Part shown: piece after piece, positions 55,319 to 64,000 of the stretch
Layout: every line of letters starts with the position of its first letter
Position numbering within the stretch: the first letter of the stretch is position 1
NCBI GenBank assembly: GCA_020639315.1
Contig: JACKGM010000002.1
Location: forward strand, 30,321 to 94,320
Source: Candidatus Nomurabacteria bacterium
Lineage (GTDB): Bacteria; Patescibacteriota; Saccharimonadia; JAGOAT01
DNA length: 64,000 bases
Direction: 5' to 3'
Program-made: the position numbers and the translations under genes
Notes under the pieces: generated by a model
The model's input: only the letters and a program-made list of their open reading frames with translations
Database searches by the model: none
Told to the model about the DNA's origin: nothing

Positions 55319-56125
55319 GTGCTAGGTCAAATTGGGGCAATTCCACCCCTAGCTCCAGATGTGCTTTGGGATTTTGGCTCAGTCAAGATTACCAATACTA
55401 TGGTCAATGCCTGGGTACTGGTGATATTTTTCTTAATTCTTGGCTGGTTTTTGCGTAGACCTGCCAAGGGTGTGCCAGGCAAGTTGCAAAACTTTGTCGA
55501 AATCATTCTTTCGACAATGCTTGATTATATTGATAAAGTCACCCATGACCCCAAGAAATCAGCCAGATTCTTGCCATATATAGCGTCATTATTTTTCTTT
55601 ATCCTACTATCAAATTGGATGGGACTTTTGCCTGGTATCCATTCTGTAGGTCGCTATCTGCCAGGTGAGCATGGGGAACATCTGGTCTCACTCTTTAGGC
55701 CAGCCAACACTGATCTCAATATGACTCTAGCTATGGCTAGCTTTGCTGTGATTAGTTCACATTATCTGGGTGTCAGGTATAGTGGTGGTTTTGAGCACTT
55801 TAATAAGTTTATTAAAGTCGGAGATGTCTATCGAGGATTCAAGAAAGGTGGAGCCAATATTATGGTTGGTTTTGTTGAGTTTGTAGTGGGACTACTTGAA
55901 ACTTTTGCTGAATTTGCTAAGACTCTTTCGCTGTCTCTCAGACTATTTGGAAATATTTTTGCGGGTGAGGTGCTACTGACTGTAATTGCTGGCTTGGTGT
56001 CTTTTGGAGCACCGGTGCCCTTTATGTTTATGGAGCTACTAGTCGGTATGATTCAGGCGGTTGTTTTTGCCATGCTTACTGTGGTATACTTCAGCCTGAC
56101 TACTGCGGAAGTAGAACATCATTAA
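55319..56125 (+). CDS. atpB: F0F1 ATP synthase subunit a
   Basis: LSLRLFGNIFAGE motif, GTG start. Confidence 0.88.
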   Translation: MLGQIGAIPPLAPDVLWDFGSVKITNTMVNAWVLVIFFLILGWFLRRPAKGVPGKLQNFVEIILSTMLDYIDKVTHDPKKSARFLPYIASLFFFILLSNWMGLLPGIHSVGRYLPGEHGEHLVSLFRPANTDLNMTLAMASFAVISSHYLGVRYSGGFEHFNKFIKVGDVYRGFKKGGANIMVGFVEFVVGLLETFAEFAKTLSLSLRLFGNIFAGEVLLTVIAGLVSFGAPVPFMFMELLVGMIQAVVFAMLTVVYFSLTTAEVEHH

Positions 56126-56153
56126 TTAATCATTAAAAGAAAGGTTTAAACCA

Positions 56154-56372
56154 ATGTCAACAGAAGAATTAACTATCATCGCCAAGGCATGTATCATTGT
56201 CCTAGGTGGTATATTCCCAGCTCTTGCAATCGGCAAAATTGCTACCAAGGCAATGGAGGCTATGGGTAGAAATCCTGAATCTGGTGATAAGATTTTTGTC
56301 CCGATGCTACTTTCAATGGCTTTTGCTGAAGCAATCGCTATCTATGCGCTAGTAGTAACATTTGTCATCTAA
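56154..56372 (+). CDS. atpE: F0F1 ATP synthase subunit c
   Basis: 72-aa hairpin, GRNPE loop, carboxylate in AFAEAIAIY. Confidence 0.88.
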   Translation: MSTEELTIIAKACIIVLGGIFPALAIGKIATKAMEAMGRNPESGDKIFVPMLLSMAFAEAIAIYALVVTFVI

Positions 56373-56391
56373 TTTAAGCTAGATTTAGCTA

Positions 56392-56991
56392 ATGCTTCTA
56401 GCAGATATCCATTCTAGTCTGACTCTGATCACCCAAGCCTTAGCTGCCTCTGAGACTACTCATAGTGCAGCCGAAGTAGTTAGTGAGCCTGGAATATTTG
56501 AGAGCTTTGGACTTGATCCGGTCGCATTCCTGATCCAATTGGTCAATTTTTTGATCGTCTTTTTCGTGTTTAAGAAGATTATTGCTGGCCCTTTGTCCAA
56601 GATAATGAGAGAAAGGCAAGCCGAGATAGAGAAAGGTTTGGCTGACGCAAAACAGTTGGCAAAATCAAAGCAGGAGTTTTCTGATTGGCGCAATCAAGAG
56701 ACTGCCAATTTCCGTTCGGAGCTTAAACAAGCTCAAAAGCAAGCCGAGCAAGCCAATCGAGAAGATCGAGATCAGATTATCGAGCAAGCAAGGCAACAGG
56801 CCAGTCTGATCATAGATCAATCCAAACAAGATCTTGCGGATACCAAACAACAGCTAATCAGAGAAGTAAGAATCAATGCTAGTAGCCTGATCGGTAATGC
56901 GGTAAGAAAGCTAGGGATTAAAAGTACTGATAAAGATCAATCACAAGCGATTGATCAAGCACTAGATCAGTGGGAGCAGGATAATGACTGA
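56392..56991 (+). CDS. atpF: F0F1 ATP synthase subunit b
   Basis: One TM plus a long charged helix; operon position. Confidence 0.75.
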   Translation: MLLADIHSSLTLITQALAASETTHSAAEVVSEPGIFESFGLDPVAFLIQLVNFLIVFFVFKKIIAGPLSKIMRERQAEIEKGLADAKQLAKSKQEFSDWRNQETANFRSELKQAQKQAEQANREDRDQIIEQARQQASLIIDQSKQDLADTKQQLIREVRINASSLIGNAVRKLGIKSTDKDQSQAIDQALDQWEQDND

Positions 56992-57367
56992 CCAAGATTT
57001 TCAAGACTTGGTTAATTATGCAAATCATTTGATCAAAACTGGCTATAGTGCTAAGCGCTTGGTAGCCAAGCTAGAAACTGTACTATCAGAAAGGTCTGCC
57101 TCGGATCAGCTCGAAGCTATACTTAAAGAAGTAACAAGCAGGATTGGTGCAAAGCCGCCCGTTGTTGTCGAATACAACTTTTTGACTGATACTGAAAAAG
57201 ATCAAATCAAGACAAGGATTGGTAAACAAAATCGTCAGGTCCAGTTCGTCCATAACCCCAGTCTAATTAATGGGATTAAGATTACTGATCAGGCAAAAAT
57301 TTTTGATTCAAGTTTGGAAGCAAAAATTCAAGAAATGAGCTATAATTTGATAAGAGATAAGGAGTGA
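56984..57367 (+). CDS. atpH: F0F1 ATP synthase subunit delta (short, 127 aa)
   Basis: Operon position; OSCP-like C-terminal part (PSLINGIKI...DSSL). Confidence 0.6.
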   Translation: MTDQDFQDLVNYANHLIKTGYSAKRLVAKLETVLSERSASDQLEAILKEVTSRIGAKPPVVVEYNFLTDTEKDQIKTRIGKQNRQVQFVHNPSLINGIKITDQAKIFDSSLEAKIQEMSYNLIRDKE

Positions 57368-57368
57368 T

Positions 57369-58886
57369 ATGAGTAGTAGTTCAATCGTAGAAGAACTTGA
57401 GGCAAGAATAAGCGGAGCTGATCTCAGCTCTGACCAGACTAAGACAGGTTTTATTAGTGAAGTCAAAGATGGGGTAGCTAAGGTGATTGGCATTACTGAT
57501 GTGAGGGCTGGCGAGATGCTAAAAATTACTAGCAAGGTAGGTAAGATCATAGATGCAGTTGCTCTCAATCTCAATACTGATGCTATCTGGGTGATTATCC
57601 TGGGGGCTAGTGAATTGGTCGCCGAAGGAGATAGGGTAGTATTAGCCGATAAGATTCTTTCTGTACCAGTTGGTAAGGCAATGCTTGGACGGGTAGTAGA
57701 TGCCTTGGGGAACCCGATTGATGGTAAGGGTCCAATCAAAGCTGATCAAGAAAATCCGATTGAACGCCCTGCTCCTGGTGTCCTAGATCGTAAATCAGTT
57801 CATCAGCCATTGCAAACTGGGATTGTGGCGATTGATTCAATGATCCCAATCGGTAGAGGTCAAAGGGAGCTAATTATCGGAGACCGTCAGACTGGTAAGA
57901 CCGCAATTGCTGTCGATACAATGATCAATCAAAAGGATAGTGATATTGTCAATATTTATGTGGCAATCGGTCAAAAGGAGTCAAAAATTGCCCGCTTAGT
58001 ATCCGACTTGACTGATAAAGGGGTGATGGACAAGACAGTAATCGTCGTCGCTGGTGCTAGTGACCCGGCTGCTATGAGCTATATTGCACCTTATACTGGA
58101 GCTGCAATTGGTGAATACTTTATGGATAATTCTGGTCACGCCTTAGTGATTTATGATGATCTTAGTAAGCATGCTGTTGCTTACAGGGAGATCTCACTAC
58201 TTCTAAGACGACCTCCAGGCAGAGAAGCTTATCCTGGTGATATTTTCTATCTACACTCTAGACTACTAGAGAGAGCAGCAAAGCTGTCAGATGAGCTAGG
58301 GGCAGGATCGCTAACTGCTTTGCCAATCATTGAAACCCAAGCTGGCGATGTATCGGCTTTTATCCCAACCAATGTGATTTCGATTACTGATGGTCAAATC
58401 TATCTAGAAACAGACCTATTCAACCAAGGTATTAGACCAGCTCTCAATGTCGGATTGTCTGTTTCGAGAGTCGGTAGCTCAGCTCAGACCAAGGCAATCA
58501 AAAATGTTGCAGGTCAGCTCAGGCTTGACCTTGCTCAGTATCGAGACCTAGCAGCTTTTGCCCAGCTAGCATCTGACTTGGATGCTCAGACCAAGGCCAA
58601 GCTAGATCGAGGTCAAAGGATTGTCGAGATGCTCAAGCAACCTCAATACCAACCCTATAGTTTGGCTCATCAGGTAATATTGATCTGGGTCGCTACCAAT
58701 GGATTTTTAGATGATATTACCCTAGACCAAGTAGCTGATTTCAATCAAAAGCTGATCAGCTATCTCGATCAAAAGTATCTAAAACTAGTGGATAAGATTG
58801 AAGCCAGTGATATGAAGGGAGAAGAAGTAAATCAGCTTAAAGAAGCTGTAGAAAGATTTAAACGAGAAGAGATGGGTGGCAACTAA
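57369..58886 (+). CDS. atpA: F0F1 ATP synthase subunit alpha
   Basis: GDRQTGKT Walker A. Confidence 0.95.
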   Translation: MSSSSIVEELEARISGADLSSDQTKTGFISEVKDGVAKVIGITDVRAGEMLKITSKVGKIIDAVALNLNTDAIWVIILGASELVAEGDRVVLADKILSVPVGKAMLGRVVDALGNPIDGKGPIKADQENPIERPAPGVLDRKSVHQPLQTGIVAIDSMIPIGRGQRELIIGDRQTGKTAIAVDTMINQKDSDIVNIYVAIGQKESKIARLVSDLTDKGVMDKTVIVVAGASDPAAMSYIAPYTGAAIGEYFMDNSGHALVIYDDLSKHAVAYREISLLLRRPPGREAYPGDIFYLHSRLLERAAKLSDELGAGSLTALPIIETQAGDVSAFIPTNVISITDGQIYLETDLFNQGIRPALNVGLSVSRVGSSAQTKAIKNVAGQLRLDLAQYRDLAAFAQLASDLDAQTKAKLDRGQRIVEMLKQPQYQPYSLAHQVILIWVATNGFLDDITLDQVADFNQKLISYLDQKYLKLVDKIEASDMKGEEVNQLKEAVERFKREEMGGN

Positions 58887-59751
58887 TACTCGAGAAATCA
58901 AGTCTAGGATCAAATCTGTCAAAAATATTGGCAAGATTACCAAAGCAATGGAGCTAGTCGCTGCTACTAAGATGCAAAGGGCTCAAGCCAACGCCAAAAA
59001 CTCTCGCAAGTACGCTCAAGCCTTATCTGGTATCTACTCAAAAATACTGGATAAAGACCAAGCGATTATTCATCGCTATACACAAGTAGTAAATCAAGCT
59101 GCTCCCAGCTTAATCGTGGCGATTAGCTCAGATAGAAGTCTCGCTGGTGCTTACAATAGCAACCTTAGCAATCGGTTGATTAAAAACTATCTTGCTAGGA
59201 GTGACTCATTTGAGATTATTTGCTTTGGCAAAAAAGTTGCTACTACCCTTAAGCGGTCTGGTTATCAATTCAAAGCCTTGTATCCTGCTCCTGAGGCTAA
59301 TCAGAACCTTGAGCTAGTAAAACCAATCATTTTGCCTTACATAGAAGATTATCTTGCAGGTAAATATAGCTCGATCAAGGTCGTTTATACTCATTTTATC
59401 AGTACTCTCAATCAGGAAGTTAGGGAGATTGAGATTCTGCCAATTACACCCAAACAGATTAGGATATTTAACAATCTTGACTACAATCAAGAAGAAGGGT
59501 ATATTCTTGAGCCAGATCAAAATAGTTTGACTGATGACATCTTGGGACGGTTAATAATTTATAATTTTTATCAAGCAATGGTAGAAGCAGCTGCTAGTGA
59601 ATATTCAGCTAGAATGGTAGCGATGCAAGGTGCCAACAAGGCCAGTAATGATTTGGTTTCAGACTTGACCCAAATTTTCAACCAAGCCAGACAGAGCTCA
59701 ATCACTCAGGAGCTTTCTGAGATCACAGCAGCAAAATTAGCATTAGAATAA
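58876..59751 (+). CDS. atpG: F0F1 ATP synthase subunit gamma
   Basis: [15 protein letters not shown]-terminus, conserved C-terminal helix. Confidence 0.9.
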   Translation: MATNTREIKSRIKSVKNIGKITKAMELVAATKMQRAQANAKNSRKYAQALSGIYSKILDKDQAIIHRYTQVVNQAAPSLIVAISSDRSLAGAYNSNLSNRLIKNYLARSDSFEIICFGKKVATTLKRSGYQFKALYPAPEANQNLELVKPIILPYIEDYLAGKYSSIKVVYTHFISTLNQEVREIEILPITPKQIRIFNNLDYNQEEGYILEPDQNSLTDDILGRLIIYNFYQAMVEAAASEYSARMVAMQGANKASNDLVSDLTQIFNQARQSSITQELSEITAAKLALE

Positions 59752-59762
59752 TAAAGGAGTAA

Positions 59763-61151
<1,389 letters not shown>

Positions 61152-61155
61152 GTCG

Positions 61156-61572
61156 ATGATTAGAGTCAAGATTATTACTCCTAGCCAAGAGTTGGTCGAT
61201 CAAGAAGTAGATTCGATTAGCCTACCGACCGAACAAGGACTAATTACTATTCTTTCTGGTCATGCGCCTTTAGTCTCCAAGCTAAGTGTGGGAGAAATCC
61301 ACTATAAGATAGGTGACCAGATCAGCTACATTGCTACAGATAGTGGGCTAGTAGAAGTCAAATCTGATAATAGTGTAATGGTGATTGCCGAACTAGCTAC
61401 TAAGTCTAGCGAGATTGATCTCGATGCTACTCTCAAGGCCAAGCGTGAAGCTGAGAAGTTTTTGGCAACCAAGGAAGAGCAAGATACTGCCTATTATCAA
61501 GCACTCGCTAGGCTAGAGCTTGAATTAGCCAAGCTAAGGGCTGCCAAGAGGCATCGACCTGGTAGGGGTTAA
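61156..61572 (+). CDS. atpC: F0F1 ATP synthase subunit epsilon
   Basis: ATG 61156 (MIRVKIITPS). The track start at 61138 is a TTG extension. Confidence 0.85.
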   Translation: MIRVKIITPSQELVDQEVDSISLPTEQGLITILSGHAPLVSKLSVGEIHYKIGDQISYIATDSGLVEVKSDNSVMVIAELATKSSEIDLDATLKAKREAEKFLATKEEQDTAYYQALARLELELAKLRAAKRHRPGRG

Positions 61573-61577
61573 GTAGA

Positions 61578-61623
61578 GTCATCCTCCAAATTTCCATAGG
61601 AAATTACGGGGGATCCAGTATCC
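61578..61623 (+). repeat. single REP-like module filling the atpC/uvrC convergent gap
   Basis: gtcatcctccaaatttccataggaaattacgggggatccagtatcc. Confidence 0.8.
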
Positions 61624-61632
61624 CAAATGATA

Positions 61633-63075
61633 TTATTTATGTTTTTGAATCCTGTCATACAAGTCTTGACCTTTCTTGCTAAGTACACGCTTTAGATCTG
61701 ACTGACTAGCTTCAAGCACACCTTGCTCTGAACCAAAGGCTTTAATTAGTTTCACAACAGATTTTGGACCAATCCCAGGATAGTCTTCTAATTTACTTCT
61801 AATGATCCGCTTTTTTCTCACCTGACGGTGATAAGTAATCGCATAGCGATGGGCTTCATCCCTGATACGCTGGATCAACTGGGAGACAGGATTAGATTTT
61901 GGCAATTTTACTACCCAATAGTTGCCGTCTTGGTAGATATATTGTCGGTATTTTTCTAGACTAACCTTAGTCAAAGCATCTTGGTCAAATACCATTTCTT
62001 CTTCTCGCTTGGCTAGACCAAATACAGGTTGACCAGGCCAAAAATGTTGCATAGCTTTAAGAGCACTCGAAAGTTGACCTTTACCACCATCGATCAAGAT
62101 TAGATCAGGTTTCTCCCAACTTCGTTTTTGTCTACGAGTAACTACCTCCTGCATCATTGCAAAATCATTAGGACCTTTGGTCTTGATCTTAAATTTGCGA
62201 TACTCCTGGGTGTCAGGTAATCCACTGGTAAAGACAACCATGCTCGCTACTTGGTCTTTGCCCTGGAAGTTTGAGATATCATATGCTTCAATCCTGGCAG
62301 GAGGTTGATCTAGACCAGCAATCTGTCCAAGCTCCAATAAGGCACTATCGGCTGACAAGTCAATGCTATCTATCATCACACCCTTAATTCTTCTCAGGCT
62401 GGACAAGAACCTTAGCTGGTTACGAATCAAGGCGGCTTTTTCGTAGTCTTGAGACTGACTACTAGCTTGCATCTCCATTTCTAACTCTTGGGCTAAGGCT
62501 TTAAATTTACCGGTCAAGATTAGCTTGATCCTACGAATTTGATCTCGATAATCATCAGGGTCAACATCAGGACTTGGATTAATGCCAATCTGATATGATA
62601 GCTTACTTACCTTGGGCCACTGCTGATCGGTGATAAAAGGTATGACCCTTCTGATCTGGGTCAGTAGTTTTTTGACTTGATAGCTTGCAGGGAAGGGGCC
62701 ATAGTAGTCGGCATAATCATTTTCAATCCTTCTGACATAGCTAATAATCGGATAAGGATCCTTGCTAACTCTAATATAGAGGTAATGCTTATCGTCTCTG
62801 AGTAGGATATTATACTGTGGCTTGTAGCGTTTGATTAGCTCTGCTTCGAGCAATAAGGCAGCTAGCTCAGATTCGGTCTCAATCATCTCAATATCTGCAA
62901 TCTTTTCTACTAGTCTAGCGGTCTTGAGGTCATGATCACGTTTCTGAAAGTATGACTTTACTCGTCTACTGAGGTTAATTGCCTTGCCGACATAGATGAC
63001 TTGCCCTGTAGTGTTTTTAAATATATAGACACCGGGTGATTTGGGTAATACTGCTAATGCTTGCTTAATACTCAC
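61633..63075 (-). CDS. uvrC: excinuclease ABC subunit C (short, 480 aa)
   Basis: GIY-YIG N-terminus, UVR motif DYEKAALIRNQL, C-terminal HhH. Confidence 0.85.
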   Translation of the reverse strand: MSIKQALAVLPKSPGVYIFKNTTGQVIYVGKAINLSRRVKSYFQKRDHDLKTARLVEKIADIEMIETESELAALLLEAELIKRYKPQYNILLRDDKHYLYIRVSKDPYPIISYVRRIENDYADYYGPFPASYQVKKLLTQIRRVIPFITDQQWPKVSKLSYQIGINPSPDVDPDDYRDQIRRIKLILTGKFKALAQELEMEMQASSQSQDYEKAALIRNQLRFLSSLRRIKGVMIDSIDLSADSALLELGQIAGLDQPPARIEAYDISNFQGKDQVASMVVFTSGLPDTQEYRKFKIKTKGPNDFAMMQEVVTRRQKRSWEKPDLILIDGGKGQLSSALKAMQHFWPGQPVFGLAKREEEMVFDQDALTKVSLEKYRQYIYQDGNYWVVKLPKSNPVSQLIQRIRDEAHRYAITYHRQVRKKRIIRSKLEDYPGIGPKSVVKLIKAFGSEQGVLEASQSDLKRVLSKKGQDLYDRIQKHK

Positions 63076-63095
63076 TTATATAGTATAACATAGAA

Positions 63096-63641
63096 ATGAA
63101 TTTTTTTAGACGTGGTGGTAGAGAAGAAATTGGTAACCCAAGAACAGGAATAAACAAATTATGTGTTGCATTTTTTTTCATAGCAATTACTGGTGGATGT
63201 AATAAAGATCCAAATAATACAGAAGTAGCCTGTAGTGAACCAGCTTCAACTAGTACAGTAGTATCCGAGTTTATGCAGGACAATGGCGAAGTTTCCCACG
63301 AAGTTGATCAAATAGAGTTAAATGGACTCTTGGGTTATGCTATGTTGGCATTTCCTTTTGATAATCTACCAGAGCAAAACTTTGACCGGCCTAAATTTAT
63401 AAAAGATGGAGAAGTGTATACTTTAGCCGATCTTGTTTTGTGTTCTGATCTATCCACTGGTAAACATTTATTATCACCACTGGGGGAAGAAGTCTGGAAA
63501 AAAAGACAGGAGGATTTTAATCAAGGTGCTTATTTTATTATTACTGATGGCAACTTAATAATAGGAGTTATTCCAGTGAATCCCGGCTATCAAGATCCAG
63601 AAAAAGAACGAACAGTCGTAATTAGTCCTGATCAAATTTAG
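63096..63641 (+). CDS. hypothetical lipoprotein
   Basis: Lipobox ITGGC after a signal peptide. Confidence 0.5.
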   Translation: MNFFRRGGREEIGNPRTGINKLCVAFFFIAITGGCNKDPNNTEVACSEPASTSTVVSEFMQDNGEVSHEVDQIELNGLLGYAMLAFPFDNLPEQNFDRPKFIKDGEVYTLADLVLCSDLSTGKHLLSPLGEEVWKKRQEDFNQGAYFIITDGNLIIGVIPVNPGYQDPEKERTVVISPDQI

Positions 63642-64000
63642 TCAAAATAGCAACGCATAATCGCTCGAGCGAGGCTATCAGGATCATGACGAATCAAGTT
63701 TCTTTTCATCAAGTCAACCTTGTTGGTAGCTGCGATATCCTCACTAATCAGTAAATCACCATAGGTTTTGTAGCCTCGGTTTTTGACCTGACTAATCACC
63801 TCTGGGCTGACATCAATCAGCCTTTCATTTTCCGCAAGGTAGTGATCGATCAAAACATTAGCAGGCTTGGCGTTATTGTACACAATATAGTCAAAAATCC
63901 TTCCACCTGTAAACCTCTCAAGTTCACCGACAAAGTCATCTAGATTGTAATCCCTAGATTGATTAGGTTGGGTCATCAGGTTGCTAATAAATACCCGCTT
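63638..64000 (-). CDS. YvcK/CofD-like (UPF0052) protein, C-terminal part (5' end outside window)
   Basis: Frame open to window edge (KRVFISNLMTQPN...); C-terminal LIRHDPDSLARAI. Confidence 0.55.
   Translation of the reverse strand, partial: KRVFISNLMTQPNQSRDYNLDDFVGELERFTGGRIFDYIVYNNAKPANVLIDHYLAENERLIDVSPEVISQVKNRGYKTYGDLLISEDIAATNKVDLMKRNLIRHDPDSLARAIMRCYFD

Overview
This is a 64-kb chromosomal window of about 40% G+C, compact and mostly coded on the plus strand.

**Housekeeping genes.** Replication and repair: dnaX, dnaB, ybaB, recR, uvrC, and an AlkD-like gene. Cell wall and shape: two PBPs, murA, murB, murC, mreBCD-mrdA, and a second mreB. Other: cysS, trxB, pyrH, rplU, parAB, a complete F1Fo ATP synthase operon, a sortase, and envelope glycosyltransferases. 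There are three tRNAs: Thr-GGU, Leu-CAG and Leu-UAG. Short proteins and many near-leaderless TGnTATAAT promoters suggest a reduced-genome lineage, perhaps Patescibacteria/CPR (Saccharibacteria-like). That assignment is inference only.

**Non-coding and mobile content.** This is the unusual part of the window.
1. At least 12 loci (about 3 kb) carry a modular REP/REPIN-like hairpin repeat, TGTC-ATCCTCCG-variable hairpin-A-CGGGGGAT-CCAGTATT. Its stems covary, one T-G wobble is conserved, and an A is always bulged on the 3' side.
2. At least four sequence-unrelated palindromic MITE-like families all measure about 159-167 bp. One copy sits in frame inside cysS. Others supply the last codons and stop codons of three genes, or resemble the promoter regions of pyrH and mreB.
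3. An IS110-family element is inserted in a REP-like module. Its 5' non-coding end folds into two stem/internal-loop/hairpin units, and the loop segments match the target and the IS ends, as expected for a bridge RNA.
4. An rve-type IS and a solo IS end lie within a 3-kb segment bracketed by 214-bp direct repeats.
5. A 12-kb minus-strand accessory block lies between the two tRNA-Leu genes. It contains a compositionally foreign (about 60% G+C) nfeD-flotillin operon.

No CRISPR array, rRNA or recognisable defence system was seen.
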